DNA of 64,000 nt from Candidatus Moraniibacteriota bacterium (GTDB lineage Bacteria; Patescibacteriota; Minisyncoccia; Moranbacterales; GWC2-37-73). Below the pieces are notes generated by a model. That model was not told the origin of the DNA and made no database searches. It saw only the letters and a list, made by a program, of their open reading frames with translations. Numbering within the stretch: the first letter of the stretch is position 1; each line of letters opens with the position of its first letter. The stretch covers positions 233,908 to 297,907 of the forward strand of contig DAOOTD010000002.1 of NCBI GenBank assembly GCA_035390125.1. The letters run 5' to 3'. Below, one piece after another: positions 30,541-39,864 of the stretch. Made by a program: the position numbers and the translations under genes.

Positions 30541-31305
30541 ATGGGCATTTCAGTTAAAACCGAACAAGAAATTGCAATTATGCGAAAAGCTGGTCATATG
30601 CTGGCGGAAATCATGAAAGAGTTGGAAAAAGAAATCAAGCCTGGCATAGACACTTTGCAACTGGACAAGCTCTCTGAAGAGCTTGTTTTTGCGCGTGGTG
30701 CCAAGCCGGCTTTTAAAGGCTATGGAGAGGGCATAAATTTATTCCCAGCTACGATATGTGCTTCTCTGAATGATGAGGTTGTGCACGGCATTCCAAATCC
30801 AAGTAGGACATTAAATGAAGGTGATCTTCTTAAAATTGATATCGGTATTGAAATAGATGGATATTTTTCTGATATGGCGCGCACTTTTGCAGTTGGTAAA
30901 ATCAGTGACGAAGCTAAAATGCTTATGGAAATTACGGAAAAATCTTTTTGGAAAGGCGTAGCTAAATTAAAAGACGGTGCCAATCTCAGCGAATATTCTA
31001 AGACTGTGCAGAAAATTGTTGAAGCGGCAGGTTTTTCAGTGGTCAAGAACTTGGTCGGGCACGGAATCGGAAAAAAACTTCATGAAGAACCCCAGGTTTT
31101 GAATTATTTTGAAAATGGATACAGAGATGTTGTTTTAAAAAAGGGAATGACATTGGCATTGGAACCAATGGTTAATCAAGGCGATTATAAAACGGTTTTA
31201 GGAAAAGATGACTGGGTTTTTTCTACAGCTGATGGAAAACTTAGCGCGCATTATGAAAACACGATTTTGATTACGGAAAATGGAGTGGAAGTGTTAACAA
31301 AATAG
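30541..31305 (+). CDS. map: Methionine aminopeptidase type I
   Basis: VVHGIP, GHGIG, HEEP, SAHYENT. Confidence 0.97.
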   Translation: MGISVKTEQEIAIMRKAGHMLAEIMKELEKEIKPGIDTLQLDKLSEELVFARGAKPAFKGYGEGINLFPATICASLNDEVVHGIPNPSRTLNEGDLLKIDIGIEIDGYFSDMARTFAVGKISDEAKMLMEITEKSFWKGVAKLKDGANLSEYSKTVQKIVEAAGFSVVKNLVGHGIGKKLHEEPQVLNYFENGYRDVVLKKGMTLALEPMVNQGDYKTVLGKDDWVFSTADGKLSAHYENTILITENGVEVLTK

Positions 31306-31402
31306 AGCACAAGAAATAAAAGGCGATAAAGTTTTTTTAAATAAAAACCCCCTCAATAGTCTATGACTACCAAGGGGGCATGGGCGGAAGGGCACAGAGG
31401 GT

Positions 31403-31660
31403 TTATTTTTTTGCCACTTCCTTAGATTTTTTTAGCTTATAATTTCCCTGTCTTGGCCACAGTAATATAGCCAAGAGAGCAAAAATAAAGAACATTAGCC
31501 AGGCCACATATGGAGGGCTGCTTAATAGGTAACCCTGCCACTTTTCTTCCATGTAAGTGTAGCATATGGCTTTAAATCCAAAGTACATAAGATACAAAGA
31601 AAATAATCCAAAGGCTACTGAGAATGCCCATTTAAAATCTCTAAAGTCTTTTTTATTCAT
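31403..31660 (-). CDS. Hypothetical two-TM small membrane protein
   Basis: Two hydrophobic segments; SD GGAGG before ATG 31660; own TTGACA-17-TAGTAT promoter. Confidence 0.6.
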   Translation of the reverse strand: MNKKDFRDFKWAFSVAFGLFSLYLMYFGFKAICYTYMEEKWQGYLLSSPPYVAWLMFFIFALLAILLWPRQGNYKLKKSKEVAKK

Positions 31661-31726
31661 AATTTCCTCCATTTTTAAATAACAATTATTTTATTTTTTA
31701 CTAGCCTTCAATACTAGCATAAATTT

Positions 31727-32158
31727 ATGAAAATGTCAATAGCTGGTCAAAATGAGGCTCTGATAGGGCACATTTTGGGCATAGATTTCGGTAAATCAAA
31801 AATAGGATTGGCTATAGCCGATGAAGAAACGCGGATGGCTTTTGCTTTGGACACATTTCTAAATAACAAAAATTTTTTCGAAAAACTGGATGAAATTGTA
31901 AAAAAAGAAAATGTAAAAACTATAATCATAGGCATAACAACTCATAATAAAGACATTAAGAGTGCAGAAGAAAAATCTGATTTTGCTGAAATGATTAAAG
32001 AAAAAACTGGGCTGCCGGTAATGTTTCAGGAGGAAATGTTTACAACTAAAATAGCTCAGGATAACATAAAAAAACACGGAAAAAAGAATATAAGCCAGTC
32101 AGACGATAAAGAAGCGGCTAGAATTATTTTACAGGAATGGCTGGACCAGAATCTCTAG
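31727..32158 (+). CDS. ruvX: YqgF/RuvX family RNase H-fold nuclease
   Basis: ILGIDFGKSKIGLA, EEMFTT, DDKEAARIILQ. Confidence 0.9.
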   Translation: MKMSIAGQNEALIGHILGIDFGKSKIGLAIADEETRMAFALDTFLNNKNFFEKLDEIVKKENVKTIIIGITTHNKDIKSAEEKSDFAEMIKEKTGLPVMFQEEMFTTKIAQDNIKKHGKKNISQSDDKEAARIILQEWLDQNL

Positions 32159-32262
32159 AATCTCAAAATTTAAAACTTTCATTGAAAGTTTAAAGTTTTG
32201 GGATTTTATGCTATAATAAAGATAAGTTTAGTGTATTAAATAACAAAATAACTAAAAAAATA

Positions 32263-33033
32263 ATGAACGAAAACCAACCCTATTTATCAATAGTTATACC
32301 GGCCTACAAAGAGGGGGAGCGCATCGGTCAAAATCTTCTGGAAATAGAAAAGTTTCTATCAGTCAACAACTACAGTTATGAAATTATTGTAGTTGTGGAT
32401 GGATCTCCTGATAATACCGCTGAAATAGTCAGAAATTATTCTAATCAGATAAAAAACATCCGGCTGATCAATAATAAAGAAAATCATGGCAAAGGCTATG
32501 TGGTTAGGCAGGGTCTTCTTGAATCGAAAGGTAAATATGTGGTTTTTCTCGATGCAGATGGATCGACATCAATAACTCATGTAGAAAAATTTTTGCCCGA
32601 ACTAGAAAAAGGAGCAGATGTTGTTATTGGATCCCGGAAAATAAAAGGTTCCTTTATACAGGTTCACCAGCCCAAGTATAGGGAAATTATGGGAGAAGGA
32701 GGTAATTGGCTTATACGCATAGTCCTTGGACTTTGGAGTTTTCCAGACACACAGTGTGGGTTTAAAATGTTAACCAATAAGGCAGCACATGAAGTTTCTA
32801 AGCGTATGGTTGTTGATAGGTTTGGATTTGATTTTGAATTAATAATATTAGCCAAAAAACTTGGATTTAAAATAAAGCAAATGCCGGTACGTTGGCTGAA
32901 TGAAGAAGGTTCAACAGTAAGCCTAACCGGACCAAATGGTTTTATACAAGTATTAATTGATTTATTTAAGACAAAAGGAAGATTAATTGCTGGAAACTAT
33001 AAAATTAAGAAAATTAAACCATCAAATAAATAA
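32263..33033 (+). CDS. GT2 glycosyltransferase (dolichyl-phosphate glucosyltransferase-like)
   Basis: SIVIPAYKE, VDGSPD, GKG, FLDADGS, DTQCGFK. Confidence 0.9.
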   Translation: MNENQPYLSIVIPAYKEGERIGQNLLEIEKFLSVNNYSYEIIVVVDGSPDNTAEIVRNYSNQIKNIRLINNKENHGKGYVVRQGLLESKGKYVVFLDADGSTSITHVEKFLPELEKGADVVIGSRKIKGSFIQVHQPKYREIMGEGGNWLIRIVLGLWSFPDTQCGFKMLTNKAAHEVSKRMVVDRFGFDFELIILAKKLGFKIKQMPVRWLNEEGSTVSLTGPNGFIQVLIDLFKTKGRLIAGNYKIKKIKPSNK

Positions 33034-33082
33034 TTCAGATTTTTTAATATTGATCTGATTTAATAAGGATAAAAAACAAAAA

Positions 33083-34105
33083 GTGCCTAAAACAAAGATA
33101 AAAAAGAAAAATATTGCGGCATCTGAACTCAGACAGGATCTGGTTTCTGGCGATTGGGTTGTTATTGCGACAGGACGGGCTAAACGTCCGGACGATTTTG
33201 CTATTTTTCAAAGGATTCAAGATGATAAAGGTATAGAAAAATGTCTCTTTGAAGATCCAGTAGCCTCTGGGCAAGAAAAAGATGTGCTTATATATAAAAA
33301 GTCTGATGACGAATGGACACTCAGAGTTTTTCCCAACAAATATCCATCTTTTTGCAGTGTTAGTTTAGTAAAATCATTGGCAGAAGGTCCATATTTTGCT
33401 ATGCCGGGAGCTGGCTATCACGAAATAATAGTTACTAGAGACCATTACAGACAGCTGGCTCTTATGAATACCATTGAAGTTGCAGAAGTATTCGATGCTT
33501 ATCAAGAAAGATTTATAGATCTGATGAATAAAAGGAATGTAAATTATATTGCAATTTTCCATAATCATGGAAAAGAGGCTGGCGCATCAATATCTCATCC
33601 GCACTCACAGCTTATGGCCATTCCGGTAGTGGCACCTTATATAAAGTTGGAATTAGATGGAGCCGAGCAATACTACAGGAGCAATAAACATTGCGTATAT
33701 TGCATAATGGCGGAATATGAAAGTATTGAAAAAAAACGGGTAGTTTTTGAAAACGAAGAATTCATTGCATTTTGTCCTTTTGCCTCAAGAGCCGCATTTG
33801 AAGTTTGGGTTATGCCGAAAAAACACAGCCCATATTTTGAAAGGATTACCGATGATCAGAAAATAAAATTAGCGGAGGTTTTTCAAAAAGGATTGGGATC
33901 AATTTATAAAGCTCTTAATGATCCACCATATAATTTTTATATCCATACTTCGCCATGCGACGGAAGAGACTATGCTCATTTTCACTGGCATATTGAAATT
34001 TTGCCGCATACCGCAACTTGGGCGGGATTTGAATTGGAAACCGGCATTGAAGTTTCTACGATTCAACCGGAAATAGCGGCGGAATTTCTCAGAAAACAAC
34101 TTTAA
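33083..34105 (+). CDS. galT: Galactose-1-phosphate uridylyltransferase family (GalT/HIT)
   Basis: ELRQDLV..RAKRP, NKYP, NHGKEAGASISHPHSQ, AGFELETG. Confidence 0.9.
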   Translation: MPKTKIKKKNIAASELRQDLVSGDWVVIATGRAKRPDDFAIFQRIQDDKGIEKCLFEDPVASGQEKDVLIYKKSDDEWTLRVFPNKYPSFCSVSLVKSLAEGPYFAMPGAGYHEIIVTRDHYRQLALMNTIEVAEVFDAYQERFIDLMNKRNVNYIAIFHNHGKEAGASISHPHSQLMAIPVVAPYIKLELDGAEQYYRSNKHCVYCIMAEYESIEKKRVVFENEEFIAFCPFASRAAFEVWVMPKKHSPYFERITDDQKIKLAEVFQKGLGSIYKALNDPPYNFYIHTSPCDGRDYAHFHWHIEILPHTATWAGFELETGIEVSTIQPEIAAEFLRKQL

Positions 34106-34115
34106 AATATATTTC

Positions 34116-34595
34116 ATGCATGATTTTATAATAAATTTTTTTTCCAATTTTCCCAAAGAACTCGCAACTTTTATAATTGCCCTTATTCCTATAACTGAAC
34201 TGCGTGCCTCAATCCCATTGGCAGTGAAAATTTATAACCTAACGCCGGCAGCTGCCTGGTTCTATTCCGTAGCTGGAACATATTTTGCCATGGTGATCAT
34301 AGTTTTATTGTTGGATCCAATATCTAAGTTGCTTTCCAGATATATATCCTTTTTTGCCAAATTTTTCAAATGGCTTTTTGAACACACGCGCAAAAGAACG
34401 GGCAGCAAAATGGAAAAATACGGAGAATGGGCAATTTTTATTTTGGCAGCGACACCGATTCCGTTTCTGGGCGGAATGACAGCAGCCCTGGCTTCTTTTG
34501 TGTTTGGCATTGTGCTTAAAAAATCACTGCCTCTTATGCTTTTCGGAACAATGGTTTCGGGGATAATAGTTCTAGGCTTGACTGTGTATTTTTAA
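34116..34595 (+). CDS. Small multidrug export-like membrane protein (COG2426)
   Basis: PITELRASIP motif; hydrophobic segments. Confidence 0.8.
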   Translation: MHDFIINFFSNFPKELATFIIALIPITELRASIPLAVKIYNLTPAAAWFYSVAGTYFAMVIIVLLLDPISKLLSRYISFFAKFFKWLFEHTRKRTGSKMEKYGEWAIFILAATPIPFLGGMTAALASFVFGIVLKKSLPLMLFGTMVSGIIVLGLTVYF

Positions 34596-34610
34596 TAAAA
34601 ATAAAAATTT

Positions 34611-35384
34611 ATGAAAAAGATAATAGTTGGAAACCTGAAAATGAACCTACTGAGCTCTGCTGAACGCAAAAAATATTTTGAATTGTTTAAAAAAGAATTA
34701 AAAAAAAGGAAAATAACAAATGCCGAGTTTGTTTTATGCCCCCCATATGTCCATGTCGAATCTTTTGTTAAAGAGTTGAAAGCAAAAAATATTTCAATCG
34801 GATCTCAAAATATTTTTTGGGAAGAGAAAGGTCCATATACGGGAGAAATTTCTGTGCCGATGATAAAGAATATGGGAGGGGAATATGTAATTCTTGGGCA
34901 TAGTGATCGGAGAAAATATTTTTTTGAAAATGATGATAAGATAAATTTAAAAATTCATGCTGTTCTGAAGAATGGATTGAAAGTTATTCTTTGTGTTGGT
35001 GAAAATGCCGAGGAAAAGAAAAATGGAAGTGGAGAGGCGGTAATTTTTGAACAATTAAAAAATTGCTTAAACAACATAAATACTAAAAAAATAGCTGATG
35101 TCATAATTTGCTATGAACCGGTCTGGGCCATAAGTTCAAATAATCCCAATCGTTTGCCAGTAATTGATGAAATAATGAGTGCAAAAATATTGATAAAAAA
35201 ATTTTTAATTAGAAAATATAAATTAAAAGTTGCCGAAAAAGTAAAAATTATTTATGGCGGTTCGGTTTTTCCTGAAAATATAAAAGAAACATGCATAGAG
35301 CCGGGCATGGACGGAGTTTTAGTCGGAAAAGAAAGCCTTAATCCTTTGAATTTCATTAAAATGGCTGAAACAATTGATAAATAA
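34611..35384 (+). CDS. tpiA: Triosephosphate isomerase
   Basis: GNLKMN, GPYTGE, GHS, YEPVWAI, YGGSV. Confidence 0.93.
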   Translation: MKKIIVGNLKMNLLSSAERKKYFELFKKELKKRKITNAEFVLCPPYVHVESFVKELKAKNISIGSQNIFWEEKGPYTGEISVPMIKNMGGEYVILGHSDRRKYFFENDDKINLKIHAVLKNGLKVILCVGENAEEKKNGSGEAVIFEQLKNCLNNINTKKIADVIICYEPVWAISSNNPNRLPVIDEIMSAKILIKKFLIRKYKLKVAEKVKIIYGGSVFPENIKETCIEPGMDGVLVGKESLNPLNFIKMAETIDK

Positions 35385-35399
35385 ATAATACAAAAACAT

Positions 35400-36305
35400 A
35401 TGATTACATCTGTTAAAGAAATTTTAAACAAAGCTCAAAAAGGCGGATATGCAGTCGGAGCATTTAATACGACAAACCTGGAAACTACAAGAGCTATTAT
35501 TGATGCTGCCAAAGAAATGAATAGTCCGGTTATTATTCAAGTGACTGAGAAAACATTGGAATATGCAGGTGGTCGTGCCATATTTCAGTTAATAAAAAAT
35601 TGTGCAGAATTTTATGCCCCTGATATTCCAATTGGTATCCATCTCGATCATGGTAGAAATTTAGAAATAATTGAACGTTGTGTTGATGTGATAGGCTTTA
35701 ATTCGGTAATGTATGATGGTTCGAGGAAAGCCTATGAAGATAATGTGCTTGCAACAAGAAAAGTTGTTGAATTGTATCATAAAAAAAATGTATGTGTTCA
35801 AGGAGAATTAGGGAGTGTTCCTTATATTGGTGAAACTTCAATGGCTGGTGAAATTGATTGGGATAAATATATGACTGATCCCGATCAGGCTGCAGACTAT
35901 TATTGCCGTACAGGCATAGACGCTTTAGCTGTGGCTATCGGTAATGCGCACGGATTCTTTAAAGAACGCAAGGAACCGGATTATGAACGACTTGAAGCTA
36001 TTCATAAAAAAATTCCCATACCGCTTATTTTACATGGGGCGTCCGATTGGGAAAACGGTAAAGTAAAGGAAGTAATTGCACGCGGTGTATGTTGTTTCAA
36101 CGTAGATACAGCCATAAGGTTGTCTTTTATAAATAGTATTGTTAAAATGGCGCGCCAGCAGAATGATATATCTTTTGATATAAGGAAAGTTTTGGGTGAT
36201 GCTCAAGAAGCTGTAAAAAATGCAGTCAAAGAAAGGATCCGCTATTATGGCAGTGAAGGAAAAGCTCCGGGAAAAGAAAAAATTGAATGTGTTGATCATT
36301 CATAA
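35400..36305 (+). CDS. fba: Class II fructose-bisphosphate aldolase
   Basis: AVGAFN, HLDHG, GELG, GNAHG, LHGAS. Confidence 0.95.
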   Translation: MITSVKEILNKAQKGGYAVGAFNTTNLETTRAIIDAAKEMNSPVIIQVTEKTLEYAGGRAIFQLIKNCAEFYAPDIPIGIHLDHGRNLEIIERCVDVIGFNSVMYDGSRKAYEDNVLATRKVVELYHKKNVCVQGELGSVPYIGETSMAGEIDWDKYMTDPDQAADYYCRTGIDALAVAIGNAHGFFKERKEPDYERLEAIHKKIPIPLILHGASDWENGKVKEVIARGVCCFNVDTAIRLSFINSIVKMARQQNDISFDIRKVLGDAQEAVKNAVKERIRYYGSEGKAPGKEKIECVDHS

Positions 36306-36349
36306 AAATAAGTCCGGAAAAATAATGCATACAGCAATACCTGAAAAAT

Positions 36350-37117
36350 ATGAAAAAACAAAAAGTAGCCATTGTGAGCCTGTCATCTTGTAAGGGATGT
36401 CAATTTGCTTTGCTTAATTTGGGAAAAAAATTTATTGATATCATGAAGAATGTTGAAATTGTTGATTTTGATTTGTTTAAAATTAATAGTAACTCAGAAT
36501 TAATATTGGATATAGGTTTTGTTGAAGGTAACCCAATAACGGAAGAAGATAAAAAAACACTAATATCTCTCAGGGAAAAAAGCAAAAAATTAGTTGTTTT
36601 AGGAAATTGCGGAGCAATGGGAGGAATTCCAGAAATAAAAAATTATCGTGAACAAAAACAATCAGCCAAACACTTTTATAGATATATACACGGCATAAAA
36701 GATGAGCCAATTAAAGAAATTGATAATTTTGTAAAAGTTGATTTTACTTTCCCTGGTTGTCCGATTAGCGGAGAAGAATTTCTAGAATATTTTCCAATTA
36801 TTTTAGAAAGTGCAATTTCTAGCAAAGATTTTCCAAAAATTCCGGATAAATCGGTTTGCATACAATGCAGAGCAAAAGGAAACAGGTGTTTGCTTTTAGA
36901 TAAAAAACCGTGTTTTGGTTCAATGATTTTGGGCGGTTGTGATGCTGTGTGTCCTAGCTATAATATGCCATGCCAAGGTTGTCGGGGATTGCGTCCTTCA
37001 ACTAACATAAAAGAGGTGCGTGAATCTTTAAGAAACATAATAAATGATGAAGAATTCGAAAATATATCTGAGATATATGGTTTAAGGGATGATATAGAAG
37101 CAAAGGAAAAAAAATAA
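36350..37117 (+). CDS. [NiFe] hydrogenase small (delta) subunit, group 3b-like
   Basis: SCKGC, VEG, GNC..GG, PGCP; C-terminal Cys cluster CIQC..C..PCFG..GC..CP..PCQGCRG. Confidence 0.88.
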   Translation: MKKQKVAIVSLSSCKGCQFALLNLGKKFIDIMKNVEIVDFDLFKINSNSELILDIGFVEGNPITEEDKKTLISLREKSKKLVVLGNCGAMGGIPEIKNYREQKQSAKHFYRYIHGIKDEPIKEIDNFVKVDFTFPGCPISGEEFLEYFPIILESAISSKDFPKIPDKSVCIQCRAKGNRCLLLDKKPCFGSMILGGCDAVCPSYNMPCQGCRGLRPSTNIKEVRESLRNIINDEEFENISEIYGLRDDIEAKEKK

Positions 37118-37121
37118 AAAT

Positions 37122-38384
37122 ATGTCTCTAAACATAAATTACATCGCGAATATCGAAAGTCAAACCGATATTATATCGGAAATTATTAAAGGTAATCTGA
37201 GGAGCCATAAATTGCGATTATTGAGGGATTCTCGTATTATCGAAAATGTCATAATAGGCCGGTACTACAAAGAAATGCCTACTATTGTCCAAAGAATTTG
37301 CGGAAATTGCTCAGTTTCTCATAATATGGCATCCATTAAGGCTATTGAAAAAGCCATGAAAATTGAGGTTAGTGAAGAAACAATAAAGTTTAGAAAAATT
37401 ATAGAATGTGCCCAATTTATTTATTCTCATTCTTTCAATCTTTTTATTCTGTCGGTAGTTCATTCTATGAATATTGAAAATGAATTACAATCAGCTGATG
37501 AATACAGTGAAGAAACAAAAAAAATTCAAAAAATAAGAGAATATGGAATTGAGATCATAAATTTAATAGGTGGAAGAACAATACACCCACTGACAAATGA
37601 AGTTGGGGGGTTTAAAAAAGTTCCAACAAAAAATGAAATAAAAAATCTTATATCAAAAGGAGAAGAAATACTGCCGGCAATGATAGAAATAGCTGATTTT
37701 TTTAAAAATATAAAATTGCCTAATTTTAGTCGGCCAACAGAATACATTTGTCTTAAAAGTAATGGAGAATACGCTATGTATGATGGAGACGTTGTTTCTA
37801 ATAAGGGATTATATGTAAGCAAAAATGATATTGAAAACAATTTTTATGCTTTTCACCGTCCAAAGGAAATTATTAAAAGAATCAATCCGGACAGCAAAAC
37901 GAGTTATATGGTCGGGGCTATTGCCAGGGTCAATAATAATTATGATAAGCTTTCAAATAATGCAAAAAGATATTTAGAATCATTGAATTTTAACAAAATG
38001 GACTATAATCCATTTCATAATATTTTATACAAAGCAGCTGAAATCATACATTGCATTGAGGAATCAACAAAATTATTAAGAGAAATTGCTAATGTAGACT
38101 TTACAGGTGCACTAACTAAAGAATACACTGTCCAAGAAGGTAGAGCAGCGGCAGCTATTGAAGATCCGCGAGGAACATTGTATTATTGGGTTGATATAGA
38201 TGCTAAGGGTTATATAAAAAATATTAATATTATTACGCCAACGGCGCAGTTCTTGTCTAATCTTGAAGATGATATTTCGGTTTTTATTCCTGGGATAAAA
38301 AATGTTAGTGAAAAAGAAAAAGAAAAAAAGATTCGCGCATTTATTCGGGCATATGATCCTTGCATGGGTTGCATAACGCGTTAG
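37122..38384 (+). CDS. [NiFe] hydrogenase large (alpha) subunit, group 3b-related, divergent
   Basis: L1 RICGNC, GGRTIHP, VGAIAR, EDPRG, TPT, L2 YDPCMGC. Confidence 0.88.
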   Translation: MSLNINYIANIESQTDIISEIIKGNLRSHKLRLLRDSRIIENVIIGRYYKEMPTIVQRICGNCSVSHNMASIKAIEKAMKIEVSEETIKFRKIIECAQFIYSHSFNLFILSVVHSMNIENELQSADEYSEETKKIQKIREYGIEIINLIGGRTIHPLTNEVGGFKKVPTKNEIKNLISKGEEILPAMIEIADFFKNIKLPNFSRPTEYICLKSNGEYAMYDGDVVSNKGLYVSKNDIENNFYAFHRPKEIIKRINPDSKTSYMVGAIARVNNNYDKLSNNAKRYLESLNFNKMDYNPFHNILYKAAEIIHCIEESTKLLREIANVDFTGALTKEYTVQEGRAAAAIEDPRGTLYYWVDIDAKGYIKNINIITPTAQFLSNLEDDISVFIPGIKNVSEKEKEKKIRAFIRAYDPCMGCITR

Positions 38385-38440
38385 ATATATAAGATTAAAA
38401 TAAGCTTAAAATTTAATATTTTAAAAAATAACTGAAAAAT

Positions 38441-39433
38441 ATGTTAAAAATAGCAATAAATGGTTTTGGACGAATAGGCCGTCCTTCATTCAAGATTGCC
38501 TTTGAAAAAGAAGATATGGAAGTAGTCGCAATTAATGATCTTACTGATATAGAAACAAGTGCTCATCTGCTTAAGTATGATTCTTCTTACGGAATATATG
38601 TTAGGAGAGTTTCTGCAGACAGAGAAAATAATGAAATAATAATAGATGGCAAACCCATTAAGTATTTTTCTGAAAAGGATCCAACCAATCTCCCGTGGGA
38701 TAAATTGGAAGTTGATGTGGTGCTTGAATGCACGGGAGTTTTTCTTGATCAAATCTCAGCGCAAAAGCACATTGATGCTGGTGCTAAAAAAGTTGTTATG
38801 TCAGCTCCGCCAAAAGACGAAACGCCAGTGTACCTATTGGGTGTAAACGAGAAGGAGTATAAAAATGAATCAATTATTTCTAACGGATCTTGTACTACCA
38901 ATTGCTTGGCGCCAATGATAAAAGTTCTTGATGATTTATGCGAAGTTGAACAAGGTTTTATGACAACTACCCATTCCTATACTAATGACCAGAACTTATT
39001 GGATCTGCCCCATAGAGATTTGAGACGCGCCAGAGCTGCAGCTATGAGTATTATCCCGACAACCACTGGAGCTGCTAAAACGGTCGGCAAGGTTCTGACT
39101 CACCTCAAAGGAAAGCTGGACGGCATTGCTTTAAGAGTCCCAACTCCTGTTGTTTCGATTGTTGATTTTATTTGTACAGTCAAAAATCCGAAAAATATAG
39201 AAGAAATTAATGAAGCTTTTGCTAATGCTTCCAAGGGAGAGTTAAAAGGTATTTTGGATGTCACAAAAGAAGAATTAGTTTCTATAGATTATAAAATGAA
39301 TCCACATAGCGCTATTGTAGATTTGCCGCTGACTATGTCTCAGGGAAAAATGGTTAAAATAGTCGGGTGGTATGATAATGAATGGGGATATTCCAATAGG
39401 CTAGTAGAAACGGCTGAATATATTTCTAAATAA
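38441..39433 (+). CDS. gap: Glyceraldehyde-3-phosphate dehydrogenase type I
   Basis: INGFGRIGR, SCTTNCL, WYDNEWGYS. Confidence 0.99.
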   Translation: MLKIAINGFGRIGRPSFKIAFEKEDMEVVAINDLTDIETSAHLLKYDSSYGIYVRRVSADRENNEIIIDGKPIKYFSEKDPTNLPWDKLEVDVVLECTGVFLDQISAQKHIDAGAKKVVMSAPPKDETPVYLLGVNEKEYKNESIISNGSCTTNCLAPMIKVLDDLCEVEQGFMTTTHSYTNDQNLLDLPHRDLRRARAAAMSIIPTTTGAAKTVGKVLTHLKGKLDGIALRVPTPVVSIVDFICTVKNPKNIEEINEAFANASKGELKGILDVTKEELVSIDYKMNPHSAIVDLPLTMSQGKMVKIVGWYDNEWGYSNRLVETAEYISK

Positions 39434-39864
39434 TTTTTCCCTATATAAGCCTTTTTATAGAATAATGATTTGACAATCTATTTGTTTTTGCTATTTTTTA
39501 GTTAGAATAAAGTACTTAAAAATAAGCGGGGTGGGAATAATTGAAAAAACAAAAGCAGCAAAAAATGTTCTAAATCAATTAAAAGCTCTTTTGACAGGAA
39601 GAGCTGCGATTCAGTAACGGAGAAGCTAAGAAGTGTTTCCAGCCCGCTTTTTAAAAATTTTAAGGAGGGATAAGTTAATCATTAATATGATTATATTTCC
39701 CTCCCGATTTACTCCAATAATCAAGTGCTTCAATGTAGGCGCTTTTTATATTTTGACCTCCTTTTTGTAAATTAAAAAACATGGTACAATATAATAAATT
39801 ATAATTAACTGTTTTAGAAAGATGCTATAAAAATGGCTCTTTGGTTTTGTGCTTTAATTTTTTT

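Noticed and set aside
39520-39650. tmRNA
   Set aside because: The short ORF is vaguely tag-like, but no tRNA-like acceptor/T-arm with CCA or pseudoknot series could be found.
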